A stretch of 64,000 nucleotides of DNA. Origin: a virus. Location: positions 64,001-128,000 of the IMG/VR virus record IMGVR_UViG_3300025141_000029, one strand, 5' to 3'. Position 1 is the first letter of the stretch; every line of letters begins with the position of its first letter. This document shows positions 28,301 through 38,966 of this stretch, in pieces. Made by a program: the position numbers and the translations under genes. The notes beneath the pieces were generated by a model. That model saw only the letters and a program-made list of their open reading frames with translations, ran no database searches and was not told where the DNA came from.

Positions 28301-29217
28301 GAGGAATCTCCATGTGTTAGACCGGTCATAAGATGAGCAAGGGTTTCACCATCTGATAAATACATCGCATGATAATCACCAAACCAAAATTCATTATTAT
28401 CAGCACGTTGAAGTAAATAACTATTATTACTTAATACACCATTTCGAAAAATAATATCAGAAGTTATTCCGATTGAAGAGGGATCGGCAGCTAGTTCACT
28501 TAAAGTATCTTGAATATCACTTGTGATGGTAACTTCACCAAGTGAAGAAGCTAAATGATCTATTACGGCCTCGGGATCAATACTAGTTCTAACAAAAAAT
28601 CCCAAGTGTGAAGGATTTTTATTTTCATATATATAAGGCTCTAGCCTAATTGGTATATTATATGTGGTTGTTCCGTCTGCTAAAGTACCTAAATATTTTT
28701 CTTTCTCTCGGCCTTCGGCGGCGTCAAATTTATTTAATTCTGTTGCAACATTAATGGACGTTACCCTGGGTGAATCCCCGCCGAATAATGTCATGGACGC
28801 GTCGTGGTCTACCTGCCAAATTTTATTAAAATCACTTGCGAATATAGGACCCACTTTATTTAAAATAATTTGTATTTGATTATTTGCGTGAGCATCAATC
28901 TCATAAACTGTAACCCTAACCATGCTCATCAAATCAATTTTATTTAACCAAGAGGAAAGAAGCTTGTTGGATGTTTTGCTCTTCTTTTTATAAATTCCCT
29001 CTATAGACAAAGTTAAAGTAACTTTAAGACTTTGATCAGTACCTTCCACACTTGGAGATATGAATTGTCCGCCTTCACCAGGTGGAAAATCAAAATGAGG
29101 ATCTTTCATAAACTTATTGGGGGGCGCGCCAGTCTCAAGCAAAATTTGTTCTATTTTTGCTTTTGGAAGTCCGGATTTAATAAAATCGCTTAATGTCTTG
29201 ATATTATTTGAGGCCAT
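25327..29217 (-). CDS. Large hypothetical virion protein (1296 aa) with G/T/S/P-rich tail
   Basis: Long ORF in the tail block. Confidence 0.55.
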   Translation of the reverse strand: MASNNIKTLSDFIKSGLPKAKIEQILLETGAPPNKFMKDPHFDFPPGEGGQFISPSVEGTDQSLKVTLTLSIEGIYKKKSKTSNKLLSSWLNKIDLMSMVRVTVYEIDAHANNQIQIILNKVGPIFASDFNKIWQVDHDASMTLFGGDSPRVTSINVATELNKFDAAEGREKEKYLGTLADGTTTYNIPIRLEPYIYENKNPSHLGFFVRTSIDPEAVIDHLASSLGEVTITSDIQDTLSELAADPSSIGITSDIIFRNGVLSNNSYLLQRADNNEFWFGDYHAMYLSDGETLAHLMTGLTHGDSSIAAADRDVVLKPLLLPSMKIVDLRDDEEIEKVFLKDLYQLEDKYDVLNKAHRQPRITDSSIGLESKEAYTFSFMSRLNDGGAGYFIAFDKSKILFNNSLFKTIAKNIKDTVAWIQIQMAIDPASVASENATIRNIIKEVLDLSKIVEINVFRKRVSLNETGENKLGTRVEDQNSYINFVLDADIENSYEDAIPIQIARYSETDSSSNIKKISNLNFSNDEILEKSFLFLSFKDQSLVDKYKGQYQYYVELVMEDGIKKYLQQRLADLYRNREFINNYISFINSNLPRYYNDLTDQFNVSAIESDWIYVAGTGWMQGGATAWYTHEWEAALALQNIFMLFDFNASGMSTLANKLFLIASPQLGNYQGLLKCAKVYDTFIQKFQKISGIKKDILNFTQTTIVDDKIEIVFDTIKASEGSISSLNDASGVYSKSSSGMHDTITLSENIPHIVDLESFNKTGYEYIFSSAQSQSGTGLRELSSQQFENRAVGEIDKYFNRSSDKFSDADAYFAVSLYRTSYFTPLFTLLEDEELRTDYDTDGPLLPYQKKYNTYKNIILDIIKFYISKYNQKSAEGVEVLDQIRKLLTIASHYGVLFSNDIQKQLGYLNDAIAISNPDANMDDFVDSSEKDNTQQQSSPLSTTGLATPIDIDEGQDYYEDNVVPPTGDPMPQVGFDINLTDEMDSLLFGILNEIILENNKELTIYSLTEADVPSQSAMAQRASGIKSLFIDQSLAGQADLFKPALRNNGLQVEKDVFEESSLSLETFGWWWFNYSNLVEVKYLVNLDKLFNPVWARLTADIFTQVASAGKALVCKLDRIQDRLYGVYNNKFLELPLFNKYFIINPMVFVSPPTTIDDVEFTTPPMPPMGSGGKKETILGIPPDLFKQLVLSTPEDKIGGLDNPADPIIKFNIGAMGMPMESNSPGTPGTTWSPTTTGVGSVGTSGVSGVGTTGGTSGLGTPSAGSDGTSTGLPGTPDMGADGTDKDPDIGGNYF

Positions 29218-30278
29218 TATTCACAAAGCTCCGCATCAGGATTATCTGGAATATCATAAATTTCTGCGCTTGTCCCGGGAATAATCAGATCTTGACAATT
29301 AAATATGAACTTATCTGTGTATGTTGCAACTAGCTTTTCTTGTCCTACGGCCGTACAATAATAAAAATCAGGAATTTCAGAATCAGATAAGATATCAAAA
29401 TAATATTCTACAAATTCTGGATCTTCTGTTCGGTCTCCTGACTCAGAAAAATATAATCTTTTTTCTTCTCCATTTTCTAAAAGTTGATACATTTCAATAT
29501 CAACATTTTCATTTAAAAATTCTGTATTATTTTCTATTGTTTTAATAAAAAATGGTTCCTCTCTTATTGACAAATAAGTGCCATCTTCCGTTATTGGTGA
29601 AGCAAAGTTACTATAAAAAGGATCTTCCGTTATATTATCACCATGTGATATTAACGAATCTGATAGATCTGCTAACGCAGTATCAGGATCTTCTGCTTCA
29701 TCTAAAAGTGCCGGAACATCAGATAGTTCAAAAATTTTTATTTTATATTGTATATCACATTGTAGACGTGGTATTTTTAAATTATGACTTCCAGTTAATA
29801 TTGTAATTGAGCCGGTTAAAGGAGCTGAAAAAAAATTAATATCCCAAGCTGGTGTATAATTGGTTGTATATGCCATGGTTCCCAAAGGACCAAATTTTTC
29901 TAATTCATATTGCTTTTTTTCAAGTACTTCTGGCCCGTATTCTTCTGTTAATTTTTGAGATCCTTCCAAGCTTACATCTTGGAAAAGATTCTCATTAAGT
30001 GTAGCAAAATCAACACCATATGTATCTGCTGTATTTTTATTAATTTTTTCTTCGGCAGAATATAGATAAACTTGTTGTTTCAGGCGTGGTGTCTCTTGTA
30101 TGCGTGTTTCAATATCATTTTGTGCTTCATTTAAGCCGACATATGCCGAACCATATAATATGTCATGATCATAAAAAGCATAATATATTGGATGAAATTC
30201 GCCCATCTGTAACAAACGTTTACCCAAAGGAGTTATTTCAATATCTAATACTTCTTGTTTTCTATCAAAAAATTCCAT
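29217..30278 (-). CDS. Virion structural protein, N-terminus paralogous to 21023..22048
   Basis: DIEITPLGKRLLQMGEFHPIYYAFYDHDILY; AAAGGAGG RBS. Confidence 0.55.
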   Translation of the reverse strand: MEFFDRKQEVLDIEITPLGKRLLQMGEFHPIYYAFYDHDILYGSAYVGLNEAQNDIETRIQETPRLKQQVYLYSAEEKINKNTADTYGVDFATLNENLFQDVSLEGSQKLTEEYGPEVLEKKQYELEKFGPLGTMAYTTNYTPAWDINFFSAPLTGSITILTGSHNLKIPRLQCDIQYKIKIFELSDVPALLDEAEDPDTALADLSDSLISHGDNITEDPFYSNFASPITEDGTYLSIREEPFFIKTIENNTEFLNENVDIEMYQLLENGEEKRLYFSESGDRTEDPEFVEYYFDILSDSEIPDFYYCTAVGQEKLVATYTDKFIFNCQDLIIPGTSAEIYDIPDNPDAELCE

Positions 30279-30307
30279 TTATTTAACCTCCTTTGAATAG
30301 TAGTTCA

Positions 30308-33300
30308 TCATTCGGCAAGTCCTGTTTCTTCGGGTGTAGATTCCGAGGATGGTAAATCCGGAATGTCTATCAACAGATCTGTTTCTATTTTCGCTAATTC
30401 TACCAATGAACAATAATCATAAGGCCAGTTATAACTATAAATATGATCTTTGTTTACTTTTTTAATCTTTGAATCATCGGATATATCTTCAGTAATATTC
30501 GCATAAATATTTTTTGCTCTTTGTTTAACTTTGAAGACCATCCACCTTAGTTGATTTAAAGAATCTTTTATGAATTTTCGTTCGACATTTGCATCTGAAA
30601 TCTTAGACCAAAACTCATTCATTAATTCACCTTCAGCAACTGGTACACTCAATGTAGAGGTTTCTGGTACAACCTTCATTGATATATCCGGCATCACACC
30701 CTGCCAAATATCTGCTAATTCCTGGCGCGTAAAGTGATGTTTAAATTCAAAAGCAAACATCACAAATTGAGGCAAAGCAGTATCTTTACTATTTTCAAAG
30801 TCGTATCTAGGCGGAAAAACAAATTTTTTCATTTTTTTTCTTAAGTTTATAATAGACTCTTTATCATGAACTGGATCTTGACCGGTGCCTTCGACGGCGC
30901 CTGGTGGTATAAATTCTCCCCCAAGAGCAAAAAAGTATTTATCATCATCCGCAGAATAAACACAATCAAAATTATCAGTGATAGAATTGTTGCCTGAGTT
31001 GCCGGCAAAAAATGGTATTGCCACGATACATTCAGAAATCGATTTTTCATAATCAATTGGTAGTTGGCCAATTGGTTTTGAAAAATCAACTGCCTGGCCA
31101 GCAAAGAACATTTTTTCTACTAATGATCCTTCCGTTACTCCCCCAGCTGCACTAAATAGCGCCGATGGATCCGTGTCTCTTAGTGTAATTCGAACTCCTT
31201 CAGAGGAATAATTTGGTATATTTCCGTAACCATTCCACATCCCACGAGCCTTTGTATCGTCTGTGTAGTGATTAAAGTTCAGAACAGGAGATTCAAATTT
31301 TGTTGAAATTACCCAACGCTCATAATTCGAAACATCTTCTGACTCAAACTCAGTTACCACCCCTAGGGTTTCGGATATAAGTGGATTAATTACCTTGCCA
31401 AACAGCTTCAATGAAGAAGAAAGATGCATCATAGTGCTAAGTCCGGCAGATGCGGTCTGTACATAATGACGCAAAGGCAAGTCCGAAGAGCCGGTATCAT
31501 ATGAAGCAGTTGGAATATTATTGAAATTATTTGAATAAGAGGCCGTCATATTATTAAAAATTGTAGCCAAAGATGGTTTCGGCGTATCATCTACTGTATT
31601 GGTATACGCCAAATCGACGGTTGCCTTGCCATAAAAATATGGTGGCGTGTATGGAGCAAATGCCGGATCTTGTCTCTCTAAACCGCCGGCAGTTGAGCCT
31701 GTAAAAAATGCAACTGCTGGTCCGTAAATCGCACCTCTCTTATTTCTCCATCTTCTTTGGAAATTCTTACTAGTAAGATTATCCATATTTGATCCGTTGA
31801 TCATTCCCTCTGTCATAACAGAGCCAGTAATCATTTCAAGATCAATAGACATTCTATATGTAACGCCTTCTTTAAATTCAATATCTTTCATCGGCTTAGA
31901 AACAAAAGATGTCAACCTTGAATCTTTGATAAATAAATTAACAGATTCAGCTAAAAAGTTATTCATTGCGCGTTCATATAAATCATCATTTCGATTACCG
32001 TTCCATGTAAAAAAAGTATCCGTTTCAAAATTTGAAGCTGCATAAATTTTATTTGCTATGGCTGATTTATTGACATCAAAAATCGGTAAATTTGAAAAAT
32101 CATATAATGTTTCAAACGGAAGACGATAATTTGAGGCACTAACAATCCATTGTTCACCAGTAGTTATTGCGTATGGAGAAGAGCCAGTATAGGCCGGCCA
32201 ATCAACTGCAATTCCAGATTTAATCGTATTGTATAATATACCTGGTGCGAAAAATGGCTGTAAGAAAGCTGCTTGTCTAGCCACCAAAGGATCTGTATAA
32301 TCTGCAATACTGGCTGTTGGCCTCGGCCTCTGGGTGCCAGAAATATGATTAGCATAGGATTGTGATAACAGGGTAGCTAGCTGTACGGTTCTCGTAACAG
32401 GATAAAAGCCATTATAGGGTAATAATTTTTTCAGACCGTAGCATGTCATTTGAATTTTCTTTATATCTGCAACATTTTTGTGATCGTCAATAACAATGTC
32501 AAAATTCTTAAGAAAATCTGAATGTGAATATTCATCATAGAATTGTGTATTGGTGCTTGCCGAATTATTAATACCTTGAATATTAAATTTCTCTGTTGGC
32601 AGAGTTGATGTAAAATCATTATTTCGTTGTAAAACGTACAATGGCATGTGATCAGATATATTAAACTCAGGAATTATTGAATAATCTTTTCCAATTTTGC
32701 TTAAATCAGCTGAATATTCTTCATATGAATCATACCATGGGTTCCTGCCCGAATCTATATTGGTTGTCCAATTTATATTGGATGATGCTGTAATATCAGT
32801 TGTATAGGATCCACCAGCCTCGGCCGTAACATAATCTTCTGAAGTTCCATAATCAACACCATGATACTTACATGATGCTGTCAGCCACTGTAAGTCAAAA
32901 TATTTTGTACTACCCGTGGTGGTCTGCTGAATAATGACATTGGGTCCGTTAAATAATTCTCCAGCAGCCTTAGATCTCACAACAATATAACTATCAGATG
33001 GAACAGCAGCAGCATCCGCAAAAGAGCCAGTCCAGCGACCTTCAGTTGGCCAGACACTTAAAGCAGAAGCAGAAGATGGATAACTAGTGGTGTTGTTTTT
33101 TAAATTATATCCTTGGCTATTTAATGCAGTTGTATCAGTTCTTAAACGATCGCTGATAAATTTTCTCCAAAATGATCGATGAGAAATTCTATCATAACCA
33201 TTTGATCCCAATCCGGAAGTTTCAGTATAATTATTTCTTGTCCTAGTTCTATTCAGAAAAGTATTTTTAGCTCGTGGCCAAACAACTTCTTTCATTTCCA

Positions 33301-36300
33301 AATAATTGAAACCTTTAATTGGATTAAGTGCCATTAATTTATCAGCAAGATAAAGGTTCGCTATTGATTTATAAATTTTTGGAGCAGTAGTACGAGCAGC
33401 ATATAAGTCATTATAATTATTTGAAGTAATGCTCTTAAAAATATCTTCATTAGCAAAATATGCCATACTATTGCCGTATGTAAATTTAAGATTCTTTTGA
33501 CTTTCTTGAGAATCCGGATCTAATACGGTATCTTTGGCTATGAGAGACAAATGAATTGGTTTATACTTATTTGTAACAACAGTTTCGGTAAGATTTGTAA
33601 TTATTCCACCGCCGAGTATGTCGGTATCTTTAAACATTAGGGCACCGCCATTTGCTGATGACCAAGGTACTGGTACAGATGTATAATTTCTATTGGCTGT
33701 ACTAAAAGTATTTGTTAATCTATGATTTCTAACGACTGGATGACTACCACCTCGAATTTGTTTCCAAGTCGGCCAACCATATGGGCCGCGGCGGTGATTT
33801 ATTAAACTATTTAAAACTTCTGTTATGGCTAAAGTTCCCAAAGATGTATTTCTATATTCTCCAGTAGAAGAGCTTAAGAAATTTGTTGCAGCATCCAGCG
33901 GGTCATAAATTAAAGTATTTAAATTATCAAAATCAACATTAAAATTTCCGCCTTTCTTCCCGACTGCAGATATATCACTAGCAGTCACAAAAATTATATC
34001 TGCTGAAGATGTAGAATATCCAAGTGGCGTCTTGGTGGCAGATTCTGTAATCCAAGAATATTGACGCGCACTTTGTGGAATTGGATGCTGAATGAAGAAG
34101 TTATCATAATTTGAGCCAGTTATTATACTAGAACCACTAGATTCCATACGATAAACTCTATTACGATTAACTTTATGGATAGAAGCCGTTGTTGTTAAAA
34201 AGGCATCATAACCACCGCTCGTCATATAATCACGATGTAATGTATTTAACGGAGCATCGGTTCTTAATGTTCCGAATAACATATCTTGATAGCCAGCGGA
34301 ATCCGTATGTTGAATTCCAGTCTTTGCTAAGCGAACGGTCATATTGCGGTAGTTTATACCGTTATAGACGGAGAAGGTATGTGAAGCAGGGTCGAGATAG
34401 CCTGGTGATATAGTCTCCGGAGAACCGGGCGCAGAGAAGCGGTCAGCGACAGTGACACTTTGAAGAGAAGAGCCAGTTCTAGCAAATGTATTGAAATTCA
34501 AATTTCCACTAAGATTCAAAACTTCTGGCGTTAATTGTGTTACAGATCCAAAATTATCTTTAAGCCAACCTCTTTGTGTATCCGCTCCAACTGTTTGAAC
34601 TATTTGATATTCTTTGGAATAATTTCCAAGATATAGAGAACTCGTACTGGTTTTAATATTTTTTATAACAACTGGGCGCTTTGCTATTTCATCTAGAAAA
34701 TATTTTGATTTTGGGCTGATGGCTGTGCGCTGAGATAGAGTTATGTTCGAAGGATTGATAGCTAAATTATATTCTTCAGCACGATCATTTGTTGTAAGTG
34801 GAGTAACCTTTCTTGATTTTTTACCTCCAACATGTATCTTACTAAAGGGGCCCTGAAGCGGCTCTTGTGTTTCGGTGCCGTATACATCGCGATGATTATC
34901 ATTAATTTCAAGACGAAATAAAAACAGTGGTCCGATATAACCGCTAGAAATAGAAGAAGAGTATGCTGCGAATGGAGCAACCGATCTTCCTTTCAAAAGT
35001 CTGCCGTTAACATTTGCTTGAAAATCGACTTTTCTTTTAACTTTAAGCGCTTTGTCATCATTACAATCTTTAAAAGATTCTAAATTTTGAAGAATAATAC
35101 TTTCAGTTTTGTTACTTGTATCTAATTCTGTTTTTGCAAAATTTAATTTGATATTATCAATATTAAAATCTTCAGATCGATCTACAGCAAAACGATATGG
35201 TCTAGTAAGTTTTCTTAAGACATATGTTGATCCGGAAACAACAGAATTTGCGAAACGTTTAACAGTATCTCTTTCAGAATCAACATTAGAATCACCAGAG
35301 GTTATAACACTATTTGTTCTTTCAGCTCGGTCTTTCCAATATAAACAATTGTTAGATTGATCACTAGATACAGGAAAATATCCATGTTCCCAATCATATA
35401 ATAATTCATTAATTGCCTTTATTTGACCAACTGGTTCAGGCTGATTTAATTCAAGAACCGGGAATTTAGTTTCAATTTTATTTCGTTCTAGAACATGACT
35501 TTCAATTACTGTATATACACGATCTGCAAAATTAGCAGTTGCCGGAACCAAAGTCGTTAACATATTTGAAATAGAACTATCGATCCACTTATAGTATCGA
35601 AGGAACTTATCTAAATCTGGTACATTATTGACCCTTCTAAAAAAGACTTCTCGAAATTTCTCCATTTGTTTATATTCTTTTCGATATCTGTTGACAGGAT
35701 CTCCAACTAAATTATGAAAATCTTTGATCGTCGCAAATAAATTAAGTATTTCATCGGAAATATTTGCGTACATACTTTTCTCAAATGAAAAGAAATGTTC
35801 GGACGGCCTTGTTTCTCTGGTGAAAATTTCTCCTTCAAAATCGACAATACTGACCATCTCTGATGAATTAATTTGATCAAATGGTACCAATTTTGAAGAA
35901 GGCATATATCTTCTATCAACAACTCCCGAAGAATCTGCTTCAAAGAAATCGCCCCGAGCGGTATGTTGTCTTTGCACAACGTTGGAAAGCTTGTAATCTG
36001 ATAGACTATTCGATCCACTTGAAAAATCTGCTACTGTAAAGCGACCACTGCTGTCACTACCTGTAACTTGTTCAAAATTCCAATCTAAGGCCAGAGAGGA
36101 CATTTGAGGCATTTCACTATCGGCCGGGCCTCCAGCGTCTTTTCCTTCAAACAAATATGTATTTCTATAAGGAAAATCAGTTCCATAAGAATCGCCAAAT
36201 CTAGAATGTGCCTTTATGACATCATTGCTTAAATCTGTATTCCACAATCTCAAGTGGGAGATGTAAGCATCAGAATTTGCTAGTACAGATCCCGTAAAGT

Positions 36301-38959
36301 TTGTACGATGTGCACCACAATATATTCTTTTCGGTGTTACCAATAATCTAGTGGCGGCGCTGGCAGAAAAAGTTCCTGTTAAAGTAAATTCATTATTCAC
36401 CGCATCCATGAGCATTTCAACACCATAAAATTCTACTGTGGCCAAAGAATTTTCACCCGAACCACTAACAAAATTAACTTGTGGATAATTTTTATGTTTA
36501 AGGCGAACAGCAAAATTCCATTTAGAGTTATCATATACATCTCTAAAAGCAGATGAAGTTAACTCACCAAACGTACTACCGGTAAGCATGAAATACACTT
36601 CAGGATTATCATCAAGTGCTTGAAGTTGTTTTCGAATAGCATATACTTGGAATGAGCCAGAATCATTATCGGCCCATGTCATATCTGTAGTTGATGTGGC
36701 CGACGGCGTAGTAGAATCTGATCTAGCAGAATGCATTCCGAACAATGAAGAAGTGTAGTTCGTATATTCTTTAAAATAAGGTTCGGCGCGTGATAAATAT
36801 TTTGGAAATACAACTTCACTTTCAATTGTCAATGAAGTGTGTCTATCAATGCCGGTAGTTATATCATTGCTTCCGGAAATATAAGAAGTGGAATTAGAAT
36901 TTCCAGCATCAAGGTGTCCGTATACATTAGCCTCGTTATTATTATAAAAATCAGCATATTTGGTTTTCAATGAAACCATTCTTGTATTTGTTTGGGCGCG
37001 CCAATCAGTATTAAATCCATACACATTGAGGCGTACTAATTCTTGATCAAAGCCCATAGCATGCATTAAGTTATTGAATGATTTTTCTGTACCCTTTGTT
37101 TTATAGATGTAAATTAAATTATTATATATATTTTTATAAATTTGATTTTTTACATTATATAATTTTTGTTCGAACAAACGATCATCATCGCGTGTATTCG
37201 CGTACGCAAACAAATCCACATCTGTTAAAATTTCTTCAACATCGAAGCCATATTCAACCAATAGTCTATTATTAAAAAAGTGAGGCTTTGCGCTACTGCT
37301 GGCATAATTAATATTTTTGATTGTTGGTAAAGCTTCTATCTGAAGATATAAAGTATCTAAATAGCTAGATAAAATTTGAATTAATTTATGTAGTTCGCCC
37401 GGGCCCTTGGCAAGATCATCTTCAACAATCCAAGATGGAAGACTATTAATCAAAGAATTTGAGTTACTAAAATCGTATAAATCACCTTTAATTTTTAAAT
37501 CTGCTAATGTTGATTTAACCGTTGGATGAGACGAATAAATAATCGGATCTTCAAATTCTCTAGTTGCCTTACTAGATAATACAATTGCGGAGCCTGTGGA
37601 GCGGCCGGTACTAGAATCATAACCAGTCCAAATACCATTACTAATCCTTCCGGAATAATCTAACACTGTAGAATCTACAGAAGAAGTTTGGGTTATGCCT
37701 TCATTAAACTTATAATAAACCCCCAGTTTGGTATTTGAGGAGTCAGTGTTCGTACCGCCATTTACCTGATCAATATAAAAACGACCGATTTCTTTAGCAT
37801 TTCTAGCAGTTTTCCAAAATCTAAATTCATCAATCGAGCCGCTAAGTTTACCCCACCCTAAGCCGCCGGCCGTATCTAAGCCGGCCCTTCTGACTTGTGA
37901 TCCGATTGTTGCAACATAAGCACCGGTGACGGCAAGTATTTTTGTGTCTGGTATACTATTTTCACTAGCAATCGCACCATCAACATAAAGCTTAGTATTA
38001 TTAAATGTACCACTATTTTGTGTTACCAGCGCATAATGATGCCAGCTCCCATCAGCAATATCGCCTAATCCAGTATCAAAGCCGCCTTCACAGTTAGCAA
38101 AAGCTGTAGGACAATAAGATGCTGATGCTGCTCCAGACTGGATTAGGGTATAAATTTTGGTTGGTGACGCGCTATTAACATAAATTGAAAGCCTACCATA
38201 GTCGCCTCCGGAACCAGAATTATCTACACTTGCACTATTCCATAAATCAAAAACATATTCAGTAGTTCCCATGGCACTACCTGTTAATTGAGCATGGTCA
38301 TTTATCCACTGATCTTTCTTGAGCCAAAATTCTACTGTATTTCCATAATAAAGATCTAATTTTAAATTAGATTCTCTAAAGCTTCCAGTATCGTATACGT
38401 TGGCCTTCGATAAACCCTTAATCGATTGTCCCGGGACTATTTCTGATTTAAAGTCTTCACGTTGGTCGGCGTTTGGGCCGCCCTGGAGGTAAATATATTC
38501 TTTATCGGTAGAATTATATACCCTGTGATATACCGAATGAGTGCCAGTTAGCGGCGTTTGTACGGCACCAATTGTTATATAACCATTAGTTCTCGGATAA
38601 ATATTCTCAAAAATATATTTGTCTATATAAGTTGAGGAAAGGTTCCATAATACTTTTTCTTTTTGAGAACCATCGTAAGGATATTGATTATAAGTCCTAA
38701 TATAAGCATCTTCATAATATTTTGTTGCAGATCCAAATTTTGCAAAATTAGAAGGAATTGAAAAATCGATTTGTGGTACAAATCGATCTTCCATCTGACC
38801 ATATGCTTCGAGAAAACGACCTGATTCTATATCTTTAGCAAATGACGCCGTAGTACTACTGCTTAAAATACTGTTTTTGTACATTCCGACAATAACATCA
38901 ACGCCAACAGGGCCATCGAGAAATAAATCTTGTAATCCTTTTGAAAAATCTTTATCCAT
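30308..38959 (-). CDS. Giant virion protein (2883 aa) with LamG/concanavalin-like domains
   Basis: TVEFWLK, DGSWHHYALV, KLYVDG, GSIDEFRFWKTAR and YYKFNEG LamG motifs; second degenerate copy (ISHLRLWN). Confidence 0.7.
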   Translation of the reverse strand: MDKDFSKGLQDLFLDGPVGVDVIVGMYKNSILSSSTTASFAKDIESGRFLEAYGQMEDRFVPQIDFSIPSNFAKFGSATKYYEDAYIRTYNQYPYDGSQKEKVLWNLSSTYIDKYIFENIYPRTNGYITIGAVQTPLTGTHSVYHRVYNSTDKEYIYLQGGPNADQREDFKSEIVPGQSIKGLSKANVYDTGSFRESNLKLDLYYGNTVEFWLKKDQWINDHAQLTGSAMGTTEYVFDLWNSASVDNSGSGGDYGRLSIYVNSASPTKIYTLIQSGAASASYCPTAFANCEGGFDTGLGDIADGSWHHYALVTQNSGTFNNTKLYVDGAIASENSIPDTKILAVTGAYVATIGSQVRRAGLDTAGGLGWGKLSGSIDEFRFWKTARNAKEIGRFYIDQVNGGTNTDSSNTKLGVYYKFNEGITQTSSVDSTVLDYSGRISNGIWTGYDSSTGRSTGSAIVLSSKATREFEDPIIYSSHPTVKSTLADLKIKGDLYDFSNSNSLINSLPSWIVEDDLAKGPGELHKLIQILSSYLDTLYLQIEALPTIKNINYASSSAKPHFFNNRLLVEYGFDVEEILTDVDLFAYANTRDDDRLFEQKLYNVKNQIYKNIYNNLIYIYKTKGTEKSFNNLMHAMGFDQELVRLNVYGFNTDWRAQTNTRMVSLKTKYADFYNNNEANVYGHLDAGNSNSTSYISGSNDITTGIDRHTSLTIESEVVFPKYLSRAEPYFKEYTNYTSSLFGMHSARSDSTTPSATSTTDMTWADNDSGSFQVYAIRKQLQALDDNPEVYFMLTGSTFGELTSSAFRDVYDNSKWNFAVRLKHKNYPQVNFVSGSGENSLATVEFYGVEMLMDAVNNEFTLTGTFSASAATRLLVTPKRIYCGAHRTNFTGSVLANSDAYISHLRLWNTDLSNDVIKAHSRFGDSYGTDFPYRNTYLFEGKDAGGPADSEMPQMSSLALDWNFEQVTGSDSSGRFTVADFSSGSNSLSDYKLSNVVQRQHTARGDFFEADSSGVVDRRYMPSSKLVPFDQINSSEMVSIVDFEGEIFTRETRPSEHFFSFEKSMYANISDEILNLFATIKDFHNLVGDPVNRYRKEYKQMEKFREVFFRRVNNVPDLDKFLRYYKWIDSSISNMLTTLVPATANFADRVYTVIESHVLERNKIETKFPVLELNQPEPVGQIKAINELLYDWEHGYFPVSSDQSNNCLYWKDRAERTNSVITSGDSNVDSERDTVKRFANSVVSGSTYVLRKLTRPYRFAVDRSEDFNIDNIKLNFAKTELDTSNKTESIILQNLESFKDCNDDKALKVKRKVDFQANVNGRLLKGRSVAPFAAYSSSISSGYIGPLFLFRLEINDNHRDVYGTETQEPLQGPFSKIHVGGKKSRKVTPLTTNDRAEEYNLAINPSNITLSQRTAISPKSKYFLDEIAKRPVVIKNIKTSTSSLYLGNYSKEYQIVQTVGADTQRGWLKDNFGSVTQLTPEVLNLSGNLNFNTFARTGSSLQSVTVADRFSAPGSPETISPGYLDPASHTFSVYNGINYRNMTVRLAKTGIQHTDSAGYQDMLFGTLRTDAPLNTLHRDYMTSGGYDAFLTTTASIHKVNRNRVYRMESSGSSIITGSNYDNFFIQHPIPQSARQYSWITESATKTPLGYSTSSADIIFVTASDISAVGKKGGNFNVDFDNLNTLIYDPLDAATNFLSSSTGEYRNTSLGTLAITEVLNSLINHRRGPYGWPTWKQIRGGSHPVVRNHRLTNTFSTANRNYTSVPVPWSSANGGALMFKDTDILGGGIITNLTETVVTNKYKPIHLSLIAKDTVLDPDSQESQKNLKFTYGNSMAYFANEDIFKSITSNNYNDLYAARTTAPKIYKSIANLYLADKLMALNPIKGFNYLEMKEVVWPRAKNTFLNRTRTRNNYTETSGLGSNGYDRISHRSFWRKFISDRLRTDTTALNSQGYNLKNNTTSYPSSASALSVWPTEGRWTGSFADAAAVPSDSYIVVRSKAAGELFNGPNVIIQQTTTGSTKYFDLQWLTASCKYHGVDYGTSEDYVTAEAGGSYTTDITASSNINWTTNIDSGRNPWYDSYEEYSADLSKIGKDYSIIPEFNISDHMPLYVLQRNNDFTSTLPTEKFNIQGINNSASTNTQFYDEYSHSDFLKNFDIVIDDHKNVADIKKIQMTCYGLKKLLPYNGFYPVTRTVQLATLLSQSYANHISGTQRPRPTASIADYTDPLVARQAAFLQPFFAPGILYNTIKSGIAVDWPAYTGSSPYAITTGEQWIVSASNYRLPFETLYDFSNLPIFDVNKSAIANKIYAASNFETDTFFTWNGNRNDDLYERAMNNFLAESVNLFIKDSRLTSFVSKPMKDIEFKEGVTYRMSIDLEMITGSVMTEGMINGSNMDNLTSKNFQRRWRNKRGAIYGPAVAFFTGSTAGGLERQDPAFAPYTPPYFYGKATVDLAYTNTVDDTPKPSLATIFNNMTASYSNNFNNIPTASYDTGSSDLPLRHYVQTASAGLSTMMHLSSSLKLFGKVINPLISETLGVVTEFESEDVSNYERWVISTKFESPVLNFNHYTDDTKARGMWNGYGNIPNYSSEGVRITLRDTDPSALFSAAGGVTEGSLVEKMFFAGQAVDFSKPIGQLPIDYEKSISECIVAIPFFAGNSGNNSITDNFDCVYSADDDKYFFALGGEFIPPGAVEGTGQDPVHDKESIINLRKKMKKFVFPPRYDFENSKDTALPQFVMFAFEFKHHFTRQELADIWQGVMPDISMKVVPETSTLSVPVAEGELMNEFWSKISDANVERKFIKDSLNQLRWMVFKVKQRAKNIYANITEDISDDSKIKKVNKDHIYSYNWPYDYCSLVELAKIETDLLIDIPDLPSSESTPEETGLAE

Positions 38960-38966
38960 TTAAAAA

